A DNA stretch of 64,000 bases from an uncultured virus (IMG/VR IMGVR_UViG_3300026116_000038) (taxonomy: Duplodnaviria > Heunggongvirae > Uroviricota > Caudoviricetes), in the IMG/VR virus record IMGVR_UViG_3300026116_000038; one strand, written 5' to 3'. Below are positions 47,696-57,036 of the stretch, one piece after another (position 1 is the first letter of the stretch; every line of letters begins with the position of its first letter). The notes under the pieces were generated by a model. It did not search any database, had not been told where the DNA came from, and was given only the letters and a program-made list of their open reading frames with translations. A program made the position numbers and the translations under genes.

Positions 47696-47946
47696 AAGAA
47701 CATTTATACGTCAAAAAATCAATACCTGAAGAATATGCAAATCGTGGTAATATTGAATATTTAGAATGTAATAATTGCAAATTATGTTTATTAATTCGTC
47801 GTACTAACTACGAAAAAATTTTCAGTATGTGTCATATTTTTAATAACCAAGTAATTAATAGAACTTATTGTTTAGATAATATTTCTTTAGGAAGTTTTGA
47901 ATATTCTTCTTGTGAAGAATTTATAATAAGAAATATTATCGAATAA
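47692..47946 (+). CDS. Zn-finger-like protein, family B
   Basis: H...CNNC...SCEEFIIRNIIE. Confidence 0.7.
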   Translation: MKEHLYVKKSIPEEYANRGNIEYLECNNCKLCLLIRRTNYEKIFSMCHIFNNQVINRTYCLDNISLGSFEYSSCEEFIIRNIIE

Positions 47947-47950
47947 AATT

Positions 47951-48244
47951 ATGCATCTATTTATAATAAGAAACATTAATGATAATGATTGTGATAAAAT
48001 ATTAAAAATAGCTAACTCTTTATTCAAAAATAATACTTGGTATATCTATTTATTACAAAATAGATTTAATCTAAATATTCATTTTTGTCAAACTTGTAAT
48101 ATAAGTTATTTATCTAATAAATCTGTTAGTTATTTTTGGGATATAAATAATACAATTAACTCTTTTAATTATGAATCTCTCTTAATAAGAGAGTTAAATA
48201 AATTAACATGTGCAGAATTTATTATTAAAAATATTATTGAATAA
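47951..48244 (+). CDS. Zn-finger-like protein, family B
   Basis: HLF...CQTC...LTCAEFIIKNIIE. Confidence 0.75.
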   Translation: MHLFIIRNINDNDCDKILKIANSLFKNNTWYIYLLQNRFNLNIHFCQTCNISYLSNKSVSYFWDINNTINSFNYESLLIRELNKLTCAEFIIKNIIE

Positions 48245-48537
48245 TGCATAAATTTAAAAGTAGACTACTTAATAAAGATGATTGTGATAAAATATTAAAA
48301 ATTGCCGATAGTCAATTTATGAATCATTCTTGGAATGATTTTTTAATATATTGTATTGAACGTAATTCTGTTAAAATTTATTTTTGTGAAACATGTAATA
48401 TTAAATATTTAGTAAATCGAGATATTTATTATGATTTAAATAATGAAATAGATTCATATGTAACGAAGAAAAATTTAATTAAAAAATTAAATGAATTAAC
48501 TTGTGAAGAGTTTATAATAAAAAATATCATAGAATAA
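48244..48537 (+). CDS. Zn-finger-like protein, family B
   Basis: HKF...CETC...LTCEEFIIKNIIE. Confidence 0.75.
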   Translation: MHKFKSRLLNKDDCDKILKIADSQFMNHSWNDFLIYCIERNSVKIYFCETCNIKYLVNRDIYYDLNNEIDSYVTKKNLIKKLNELTCEEFIIKNIIE

Positions 48538-48540
48538 ATT

Positions 48541-48831
48541 ATGCATAAGTTTAAAAAACGATTAATTAATAATAATGATATTAATCATATTGTAAATATA
48601 GCAGATAAACAATTTAATTATGCACATATGTGGAATGATTTTTTTGTAATAACTAGTAATAAATTACTAATAATTTATTATTGTCGAATTTGTAATATAA
48701 AATATCTTAAATGTCATTCACAATATTTTAATATAAACGATAATATTAGAACATTTATGAATCGTAAAGAACTATTAATAGATTTAAAATATAATTGTGA
48801 TGAGTGGATTATTAAAAATATAATTGATTAA
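48541..48831 (+). CDS. Zn-finger-like protein, family B
   Basis: HKF...CRIC...NCDEWIIKNIID. Confidence 0.75.
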   Translation: MHKFKKRLINNNDINHIVNIADKQFNYAHMWNDFFVITSNKLLIIYYCRICNIKYLKCHSQYFNINDNIRTFMNRKELLIDLKYNCDEWIIKNIID

Positions 48832-48849
48832 ATTTGTTGGAAATAAAAT

Positions 48850-49830
48850 ATGCCTGAAGATTTTGATTATTTATTTGCTAAATCACAATTATCTAAATCA
48901 ACAATAGATTTGGGTATTGGTGAAAATCATATATTACGTGAACTTGTAATTGAAGCTTACAAGTTAAAAACTATTTCTTTTGAAAATTTCCCTAATATTT
49001 TTGAGTACGCTCCGCCGCAAGGATATGGGCCATTAGTAGAAAAATTAGAAAGTATATATAAAGCTAAAGTAGTAGTTTTTTCTGGAGCTAAATCTGCTTT
49101 ATCGGGAGCTTTCTATGCTATGAAAGCTACAGGTAAAAATAAAATACATTTTCGAAAACCATATTGGCCGAGTATTCCTTCGCTAATAACCAGAGAAAAT
49201 TTAGGTTATTCTTTTATAGAAGATGAATGTGATTGTTCATTAATTGTAAGTCCAAATAATCCTGATGGGTATATGAATTTAAATAGTTCAATTTCTGGAC
49301 CGATTATTCATGATGCAGCATATTATACACATTCTTATTTGCCTAAAAATATAGAATTAAAACCATTTGGAGATATTCAAATATTTTCTGTGGCAAAAAT
49401 GTACGGAATATCGGGAGCGAGGTTAGGATTTGCTGTATGTCATAATGAAGAATATTATTCATATTTAATGAAATTTGTGGAAGCAACTACGGCAGGTGTA
49501 TCAACTCCTTCTCAAAGAATATTGATGCATATTTTAGACCAAGAAATAAATAATCCTGAAATTAGAATAAAATATGAAAATTATGTATATGATATGATAT
49601 CGATAAATAGAAATTATTTATATGATAATTTAAGTTTAAATAAAAATAATATTATAAATTACGGAATGTTCGCTTGGGTCCCTTCAAAAATACAGAATTT
49701 TAATAATGTTAATGTAAATATTATGGGTGGAATTCCATTTGGTGTTGATAATTTTATTAGGATAAATTTAGCAGTTCGTTTTGAAAAAATAGTTAAAGCT
49801 GTTGAAAATATGAATATTATTATTAAATAA
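48850..49830 (+). CDS. PLP-dependent aminotransferase class I/II
   Basis: DLGIGE, SPNNPDG, HDAAY, FSVAKMYGISGARLG, IRINL. Confidence 0.9.
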   Translation: MPEDFDYLFAKSQLSKSTIDLGIGENHILRELVIEAYKLKTISFENFPNIFEYAPPQGYGPLVEKLESIYKAKVVVFSGAKSALSGAFYAMKATGKNKIHFRKPYWPSIPSLITRENLGYSFIEDECDCSLIVSPNNPDGYMNLNSSISGPIIHDAAYYTHSYLPKNIELKPFGDIQIFSVAKMYGISGARLGFAVCHNEEYYSYLMKFVEATTAGVSTPSQRILMHILDQEINNPEIRIKYENYVYDMISINRNYLYDNLSLNKNNIINYGMFAWVPSKIQNFNNVNVNIMGGIPFGVDNFIRINLAVRFEKIVKAVENMNIIIK

Positions 49831-49832
49831 TA

Positions 49833-50093
49833 ATGATTAAAATATATAAAAAGATAAAGCCTAATTGGATTAGATGGCGAAGAAAAGATAATAATCTTTT
49901 ACATAGAGAAGATGGCCCAGCTGTAGAATGGAATGATGGAACTAAATGTTGGTACCAAAATGGTGAACTTCACAGAAAAGACGGTCCTGCAATAGAATAT
50001 TTAGATGAAATTAAAAAATATTATTTAAATAATAAATATTATCCAGATATTAAAAATGATGAAGAGTGGATTATATTTCAAATAATTAATTAA
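49833..50093 (+). CDS. HRxDGPA repeat protein, family A (mosaic)
   Basis: 2 repeats plus tail. Confidence 0.85.
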   Translation: MIKIYKKIKPNWIRWRRKDNNLLHREDGPAVEWNDGTKCWYQNGELHRKDGPAIEYLDEIKKYYLNNKYYPDIKNDEEWIIFQIIN

Positions 50094-50094
50094 A

Positions 50095-50373
50095 ATGGAT
50101 AAAATATATTCTGTAAAAACTAACTATGGATGTACTATTTATTATAAAAATGAATCTTTTCATAGAGAAGATGGTCCAGCTAAAGAATGGGATTTTGGTG
50201 GGGAAGAATAGTACTATAACTCAAGGCGTCATAGGGTAGATGGTCCCGCTATAATATGGCCTAATGGTGAAAAATATTATTATTTAAGTGATATTTATTA
50301 TCCAGATATTAAATCGGATGAAGAATGGATTAAATTTCAAATTTCACTTGCCGAGGAACGGTTCAATGAGTGA
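50095..50373 (+). pseudogene. family A member with an in-frame TAG at a conserved Trp and an altered tail
   Basis: TAG at 50209; ends SDEEWIKFQISLAEERFNE. Confidence 0.75.
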
Positions 50374-50425
50374 ATTTCTTTTTTAGAATTTTCTACCTTC
50401 TTTTACTATATAAAGATCATTAAAT

Positions 50426-52645
50426 ATGAAATTACCTGAAAATAAAATAATCATTGAAAAATCTTCTCAATTTATGGAACGTAGATCTAAAATTGGAAAT
50501 TTATCTATTGTTTTAAATATTTTAAGAAATAAATTATATTCTAATGTAATTGAATCTATTACAAGAGAAATTTCATGTAATGCCAGGGATGCAAATAGGG
50601 AAGTTTCAAAAGGAAATATTCCAATTGAAATTCATTTTCCTAATGCGTTTGATAATAATTATAGAATTTGTGATAATGGACCCGGAATCTCTCCTCAAAG
50701 GATGGATGAGGTTTATATGAATTATGGAAACTCTACAAAACGAGACAGTAATGAATTTACTGGTGCTTTTGGTTTAGGAAGTAAAACGCCTTTAGCTTAT
50801 TCTAATCAGTTTACAATTAAAACTACAACTGAAGAAAATAATATTTTTACAACCAGAACTTATATTTATTATATTGACGAATCTAATGAAGGTATATTAG
50901 CATTAGTATCTGAAGAAAATTTAAATTTGTCATCTGGTACTGAAATTATAATACCGGTTGAAGAAAAAGATTTTGAAAGTTTTATTACTTCAACATTGAA
51001 ATCAACTCAATATTGGCCAATTAAACCTATATTAAAAGGTATTAATCCAGTTCCAGAATATCCACAAACTATTGGTGATTTATTAGCTTCTGGTGAAAAT
51101 TGGAATATTTATAACGTTAAGAATAATTCAGGATTCTATAATTCAACTAAAGCTGAATCTTTAGCTATAATTGATGGAATTCAATATAAAATAGATGAAT
51201 CTTTTATCGCTTCAGATGATCGTTGGATATTACAATCTAATGTTCATATGATTTTTAATATCGGTGAACTTTCTTTATCCGCCTCTAGAGAAGCTATTCA
51301 ATATGACGATAATACAATTAAATTAATTAATAATAAAATTAAATTAATTAAAAAAGAACTAAGTGAACAGATATCTGAACTTATTGATAAAAAAGAAACT
51401 TATGTAGAGGCTGTTGAATTTTATGAATTTATGGAGAAATATTTTTATAGAATTTTAAAAAATAAAGATTTTCTTTGGCGGGGAAATAAAGTAATTGGTG
51501 AAGATGTTGATCTTAGATATAATGTTTTAAAAAATATCAAAAGTAACATTTATGGCTTTAGAAAACATACATCTAATTATAGAACATCAATTAAAAGAGA
51601 TTTTGTATCTAAATTACATATAAATAAAAAAACTGAAATTTATTATAACGATTTAGACCCAAATCATACTTATAGAAATAAAAATATTAAAGCGTTAGAA
51701 AATAATAATTATATTCAAATAATAAATTATTTACCTAATAAAACTTATGATGATTTTGTTAATGATTATAAATCAGAATCAGCTAAATTCATTCAATCTA
51801 ACGAAGTAGATAATTCATTTATTCTTGATATAATTAAACCAAAATTACTTTCTTCTATTATTGAAGATAAACAAATAAAAGTTAAATCTACTATTAAAGT
51901 AATAAAACCATTAATTAAAAATAAAATTAAAGTATATAAATATAATAATATAAATAATTATGTTTCTTATCGGTTAAGAGATAATTTCTCTGAAGATTTT
52001 ATTGAAAAAGATACTGAGGGATATTACGTTCAAATTTCGCTTTCCAATAATAAACATAATAATTTTATTTGTAAATATAAATCAAAAAATTGGAAATTTT
52101 CTATAAATGATATAAATTGTATTTGCAAATTACTTAAAGATGAATCAATTTATTTTGTAAATGAAAAATTCATTTCCAAATTTACAAAATTAAAACCATT
52201 ATCAGAATTAATAGAAAAGAAATTTAATGAATTAATATCTGATGATTATTATAATTTCTTATCTATAATGTTAATAAATAATGATTCATATAAACGTCAT
52301 AACAGCTTTTTAAGTGATTTAAATAAATTAAAAACATTTAATAATAAAATATTAAATAATAATAGTTTATTTTTAAAATATAGTAAAATTTTAACGTATT
52401 CTAAAGATATTAATATTAATAATTTTTTGATTAAATTTGAAAATTTAATTAATGATAATAAGAAATTAAATATTTTCCAAAAGAAAAATGAATTATTAAT
52501 TGAAGAAATGGAAAGTCGATATAAGCTTTTAAATTTTATATCGAATGAAGCATCTTGTTTTGATATTATTGATTATATAAATGCTTGTGATAAAAAGCTA
52601 GTTCATAAAGAAACAAAACCAATAAATATAGCTGTAGGAGCTTAA
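50426..52645 (+). CDS. rIIA: rIIA-like protein (N-terminal GHKL ATPase)
   Basis: LYSN...REISCNARDA, DNGPGIS, STKRDSN..GAFGLGSK, LSASREAI; followed by a rIIB-like gene. Confidence 0.85.
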   Translation: MKLPENKIIIEKSSQFMERRSKIGNLSIVLNILRNKLYSNVIESITREISCNARDANREVSKGNIPIEIHFPNAFDNNYRICDNGPGISPQRMDEVYMNYGNSTKRDSNEFTGAFGLGSKTPLAYSNQFTIKTTTEENNIFTTRTYIYYIDESNEGILALVSEENLNLSSGTEIIIPVEEKDFESFITSTLKSTQYWPIKPILKGINPVPEYPQTIGDLLASGENWNIYNVKNNSGFYNSTKAESLAIIDGIQYKIDESFIASDDRWILQSNVHMIFNIGELSLSASREAIQYDDNTIKLINNKIKLIKKELSEQISELIDKKETYVEAVEFYEFMEKYFYRILKNKDFLWRGNKVIGEDVDLRYNVLKNIKSNIYGFRKHTSNYRTSIKRDFVSKLHINKKTEIYYNDLDPNHTYRNKNIKALENNNYIQIINYLPNKTYDDFVNDYKSESAKFIQSNEVDNSFILDIIKPKLLSSIIEDKQIKVKSTIKVIKPLIKNKIKVYKYNNINNYVSYRLRDNFSEDFIEKDTEGYYVQISLSNNKHNNFICKYKSKNWKFSINDINCICKLLKDESIYFVNEKFISKFTKLKPLSELIEKKFNELISDDYYNFLSIMLINNDSYKRHNSFLSDLNKLKTFNNKILNNNSLFLKYSKILTYSKDININNFLIKFENLINDNKKLNIFQKKNELLIEEMESRYKLLNFISNEASCFDIIDYINACDKKLVHKETKPINIAVGA

Positions 52646-52649
52646 AATA

Positions 52650-53591
52650 ATGACAATCACGAATTTAACTTGGATTAAAACTGATGACAAAATTACAGTT
52701 ATATTACCAAATGGCCAACCAAAAACTATTGTAAAAGGTCATGCAAATTATGATACGGTTTTACAAGCAATAAAAGACAGAAATTTCGATATAATTCCTG
52801 ATTTATTAGATATTAAATCAACGATATATAATTTTTCAGATGGTGTATTTGAAGTTGTTGATAATATTGTGCATTTACAAGGAAAGCCGGTACCTGAAGC
52901 TTTAAGCAAAAAAATTATTGATTTCGCTAAAGAAGGTTTGCCGTATAAGCCTTTATTGAATTTTTGGAATAAATTACAAAACAATCCAAGTTATCATGTA
53001 GTAAATTCTTTATTTGAATTTTTAGATAAAAATAATTATCCAATCACTGAAGATGGAGATATTATTGCTTATAAGGGAATAAATAAGGATTGGACTGATT
53101 GTTATACCGGTAAAATATTAAATACTATTGGCGAAACAATTTCTATGCCAAGAAATGAAGTCAATGATGATCCAGAAGTGGCGTGCAGTCGAGGTTTCCA
53201 CGTTGCTAACTGGGGTTTCAGTTGGTCATATGGAAGTGGTGGCCATATGATTATGGTATCTGTTAATCCTGAAGATGTAGTTTCTATGCCTAACGCATAT
53301 GATTTTACAAAAATGAGAGTTTGCAGATATAAAGTGTTATCTAAAGTTGTTGAAGAAATGAAGGGTAAATTTTATAAACCTTCAGTTGACAATTCTGATA
53401 CAGATGACGATAATGATGATGAATGTCATAATTGTGGTTGTGATATTTGTGGTTGTTATAATTCCGAAAATAATATTACAGAAGAATGCGATTGTTTCAA
53501 TTATAGCTGTGATGAATATAATTCACATCATGAAAATTGCAATTGTAACTCTGATGATGAAGAATGTTGTTTTAAGGATTCTTTTAAATGA
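52650..53591 (+). CDS. rIIB: rIIB-like protein
   Basis: FW.KL..NPS...LF.FL, ITEDG..IAYK, CSRGFHV, V.VNP.DVVS.P, KMRVCRY; Cys/acidic tail. Confidence 0.85.
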   Translation: MTITNLTWIKTDDKITVILPNGQPKTIVKGHANYDTVLQAIKDRNFDIIPDLLDIKSTIYNFSDGVFEVVDNIVHLQGKPVPEALSKKIIDFAKEGLPYKPLLNFWNKLQNNPSYHVVNSLFEFLDKNNYPITEDGDIIAYKGINKDWTDCYTGKILNTIGETISMPRNEVNDDPEVACSRGFHVANWGFSWSYGSGGHMIMVSVNPEDVVSMPNAYDFTKMRVCRYKVLSKVVEEMKGKFYKPSVDNSDTDDDNDDECHNCGCDICGCYNSENNITEECDCFNYSCDEYNSHHENCNCNSDDEECCFKDSFK

Positions 53592-54898
53592 ATAATTGGC
53601 GAGAATTTCGTAGAGAAGGTAGAGGTAAAAATGCCACGCTTGTTTGGAAAATTAAACAAGAAGGCGGTACTTTAGTTACTGAACATGGTCAATTAGATGG
53701 GGCCATGCAAACATTTTCAGATAAGCCGGGAGATAAAGGAAAGGCTGGTACTAAAGCTTATTTATCACCTGTAGATAATTGTTCCTTCCATGTTTTAAGA
53801 GAAATTCGAAAAAAGGAAGAAGCAGGATATTCAGAATTTATTGATGGTAAATATGTAACTGAAGTTGCTACATCTATAGATTTTAATAAAGTTTTACCTA
53901 AAAATTTTACAGGATATAAGCCGCAAACGGATATTTCTGAATCTACTTTAGAAAAAATTCATAAGGCAGGTAAAGCTAGATATACAAGGAAGTTTGATGG
54001 ACAACAACATGCATTAGTAAAACATCCTTGGGGTTGGGAAATTTATTCTCGCCGTATGGATTTAAATACTGAAAAGTTTCCTAATCATATTATTGAATTA
54101 GATAATTTTGATATTCCTGTAGGTACTATTCTTGTAGGCGAGATGGTTTGTCAACGAGAAGATGGAACTGATAATTTTAAAGCTACTTCTAGAGTTTGTA
54201 GATCGGATGCTGAGGTAGCTAGAAAATTAGTTGAGGATAAAGAAGTTCCAGAACCATTATATTTAATTTTTGATATGCTTTTTTATGATGGAAAAGAGTT
54301 ATCAGATGTTACTTATGACGATCGTGCTAAAATTTGGAGAGAATTTAAAGGTAATCTAATTAATCCGGTTACTTATCACGATATAAATCCTAATAATTGG
54401 ATGGAAATTGCTAAAGAAAATCGTTGGGAAGGATTTGTTATTACTGATGGGGATAGTAAACCAGGAGATAAATTCTTTTCTTTTGATGGTACTGCACAAA
54501 GACCAAAAGGACATCATAAATTAAAACCAGAATCGAATACAGATTGTGTTGTATTTGCGGCAGCTTCAGGATCTGGTAAGAGGATGGGGCAGGTTGGAGC
54601 CGTATTTGTAAAGCAAATTCATCCAGAAACTGGGGAATTTTTTAATTGCGGCAAGGTGGGGTCAGGTTTTACGGAAAATGATATTGACGAGATGACAAAA
54701 ATGTGTAAGGATAGGGGTATCCCAATTTTTGAAAAGGATAAGGACGCATTAAAAATTGATCTTCAAGACACATCTCATGATATTGTTGTTGAAGTGAAAT
54801 TTTCTGAACGTCAAGAGGATACTAATAAATTTCGTTTTCCGGTTTTTATAAGAATCCATGGCGATAAAAAGCCGTTAGAGTGCGTAGCAGATGTATAG
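53588..54898 (+). CDS. ATP-dependent DNA ligase with WGR-like N-terminus
   Basis: RKFDG (motif I), VGEM, FDML, WEGFV, KLKP, GKVGSGF, RFPVF.R...DK. Confidence 0.9.
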   Translation: MNNWREFRREGRGKNATLVWKIKQEGGTLVTEHGQLDGAMQTFSDKPGDKGKAGTKAYLSPVDNCSFHVLREIRKKEEAGYSEFIDGKYVTEVATSIDFNKVLPKNFTGYKPQTDISESTLEKIHKAGKARYTRKFDGQQHALVKHPWGWEIYSRRMDLNTEKFPNHIIELDNFDIPVGTILVGEMVCQREDGTDNFKATSRVCRSDAEVARKLVEDKEVPEPLYLIFDMLFYDGKELSDVTYDDRAKIWREFKGNLINPVTYHDINPNNWMEIAKENRWEGFVITDGDSKPGDKFFSFDGTAQRPKGHHKLKPESNTDCVVFAAASGSGKRMGQVGAVFVKQIHPETGEFFNCGKVGSGFTENDIDEMTKMCKDRGIPIFEKDKDALKIDLQDTSHDIVVEVKFSERQEDTNKFRFPVFIRIHGDKKPLECVADV

Positions 54899-55069
54899 TA
54901 CTGCAAATTCGTTACGTGACTAACTGACATATATAAGCCATTTCGCTACATGCATTTTTTCCACACACCTTACCTCACCTCAGAAAAACCGTAATGATTT
55001 TGAATAGTTCACTTTTGGCACAGAATATGCTAAAGTTGGGATCGTCCTCAATAGGAGAATTGATTTCAA

Positions 55070-55372
55070 ATGAAAATGTTCGGAGTACATTGCCTGCTTT
55101 GTCAAGGTGATTTAGAAATATTACAGATAGTAAATGGTGGACTTCATACCAAGTGCACAAATTGTGGCCATATTGGTCGTCCAGAAATTCGTCAAATAAA
55201 TAATACAATTTATTCAAATTTTACTAGAAATCCGAAAAATCCAAGAAAAGCTGTAGACGTTCAGTATTCTAGAAGTAATAGACCTTTTTCTCCTCCGCAA
55301 TCGAGTAAAACTCCTAGTGGAACGTGGAATAAGGATTCATTTTTACCAGCTTCTTATAAAAAAATAGGATAA
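55070..55372 (+). CDS. Zn-ribbon hypothetical protein
   Basis: AGGAG RBS; CLLC and CTNC. Confidence 0.6.
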   Translation: MKMFGVHCLLCQGDLEILQIVNGGLHTKCTNCGHIGRPEIRQINNTIYSNFTRNPKNPRKAVDVQYSRSNRPFSPPQSSKTPSGTWNKDSFLPASYKKIG

Positions 55373-55407
55373 TATATCTAAAATATGATTGGATATATAA
55401 ATGATGA

Positions 55408-56223
55408 ATGGATTCACCTTTTAATAATAGACATGATAAATATGAATCTATCTATGATCTTCAAATTATAGATAGAATTCCTATAATTATAAGAGTAAAT
55501 GGAAGAAATTTTTCTCGTCTAACACGAAGATTAGATCGTCCATATTGTATTAAATTAATCAATGTATTTAAAAATACATTATTACAAACTATTCAAGTAA
55601 TAGATGATGCTATATTTGGTTTTCAATATAGTGATGAATTTACTTTTGTCTTAAGAAATGATAGATCATACGAATATCAACCTTGGTGTCAAAATAAAGT
55701 ACAAGATATCGCTAGTGTAATATCTAGTATGATATCAATTAATTTTTTTAAAAATTTGGTTTTAGAAGATGATTTAAATGAACTTGATGGCGATGCTATT
55801 TTTAAAACAAAAGTATTTGCTATGCCCTCTATTAATGAGGCAGTTCATCATATAATATTAAAACAGCAATTATGCTATGGTGACGCTGTATTTAGAGCGG
55901 CAAATGCAGAATTTACTAAAATATATGGAAAAACTGAAGCGAATAAAAGATTATTTGGCAAAAATTTAGATGAACAAATAGAATTATTACAATCTGAGTG
56001 TAATATTGATTATGAAAATTATCCTAAAGCATATAGATTTGGAATTGGAGCTTATAAAGTTCCTAAAATAATAAAAACTATAGATGGTGAAATTCAAAAA
56101 AATAAATGGATAATAGACTCAAATCTTCCTAGTTTTATTTTAGATAAAAGTTTTTTAAGTAATATAATATATTCTGGAGTTGACATTATTCGTGCTAATA
56201 GAGATATTAAAATAGACGATTGA
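55408..56223 (+). CDS. tRNA(His) guanylyltransferase (Thg1/TLP)-like protein
   Basis: IIRVNGRNFSRLT, YSDEF.F, KVQ.I.S; first catalytic Asp appears as Asn. Confidence 0.85.
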   Translation: MDSPFNNRHDKYESIYDLQIIDRIPIIIRVNGRNFSRLTRRLDRPYCIKLINVFKNTLLQTIQVIDDAIFGFQYSDEFTFVLRNDRSYEYQPWCQNKVQDIASVISSMISINFFKNLVLEDDLNELDGDAIFKTKVFAMPSINEAVHHIILKQQLCYGDAVFRAANAEFTKIYGKTEANKRLFGKNLDEQIELLQSECNIDYENYPKAYRFGIGAYKVPKIIKTIDGEIQKNKWIIDSNLPSFILDKSFLSNIIYSGVDIIRANRDIKIDD

Positions 56224-56420
56224 ATTTCCATTTTGGCTGATAAATTTGAAAAATTAGCCAAAAATCGTGGATATTGTGTATACCCTGCAGAATTTTCAAA
56301 AAATTCAAATAATAAAAACCATATTCTGATAAATAATAAAATCAAGCTAGAAACGCTTTAGCTAAAGTGAATCAATATTCTTCTGTTCCTGAGTGGTATT
56401 CTGGCACCCTTAAGAAATGA
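56224..56420 (+). pseudogene. frameshifted gene remnant (LADKFEKLAKNRG... / NQARNALAKVNQYSSVPEWYSG)
   Basis: Two protein-like fragments in adjacent frames, no start codon. Confidence 0.35.
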
Positions 56421-56710
56421 CAAAAATGCCCTTGTCAATATAGTTGGCAGCGGTTACATTTCTAAATATAAATTTGTATTAAAAATTGCAGAAATGTTTA
56501 ATTATAATTCTAATTTGATTAAACCTATAAAATTTCATTTATTAAATAAACCAGCTAACAAACCATTATTAGCCGGATGATTTACTGATCTTATAGAAAA
56601 TTTAATTGGCAGAAAAATGTTGCATTTTGCAGATGGTCTTAAAATAATTAATTTTTAATTATTTTTATATTTTCACTTTAAAATAAAAATGAATAAAATG
56701 GCATTAGTAT

Positions 56711-56935
56711 ATGCGGCATTCATCTGCGGCAAGACTTCCAGTATATTTTATTCGAAATCGTCACACATGGATTGATTATCTCTCTAGTAACGGTTATAAT
56801 AAAGCAAAATGTGCTGATTGTGGTTTAATTGCAATGCAGGACAAAGGTAGTTTAGGATACTTTGTTGCCGAGAACGAAGATCATGATGCATATTTAAGTT
56901 GCGAGCAGTTGATCATTAAAAATATAATAGAATAA
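56711..56935 (+). CDS. Zn-finger-like protein, family B
   Basis: HTW...CADC...LSCEQLIIKNIIE. Confidence 0.75.
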   Translation: MRHSSAARLPVYFIRNRHTWIDYLSSNGYNKAKCADCGLIAMQDKGSLGYFVAENEDHDAYLSCEQLIIKNIIE

Positions 56936-57036
56936 CTTTTTTTTAAAATACGTTTCAGACCCTAGACAATTTAAACTTTAAGACTTAATTGTTAATTACG
57001 ACGATACGTTTATAAAAACCCAAGAAAGAAAAGAAA

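Noticed and set aside
56545..56576. Possible further orphan CRISPR repeat (CAGCTAACAAACCATTATTAGCC)
   Set aside because: Only AGCTAAC and TTAG match, with wrong loop length and sequence; compatible with chance.
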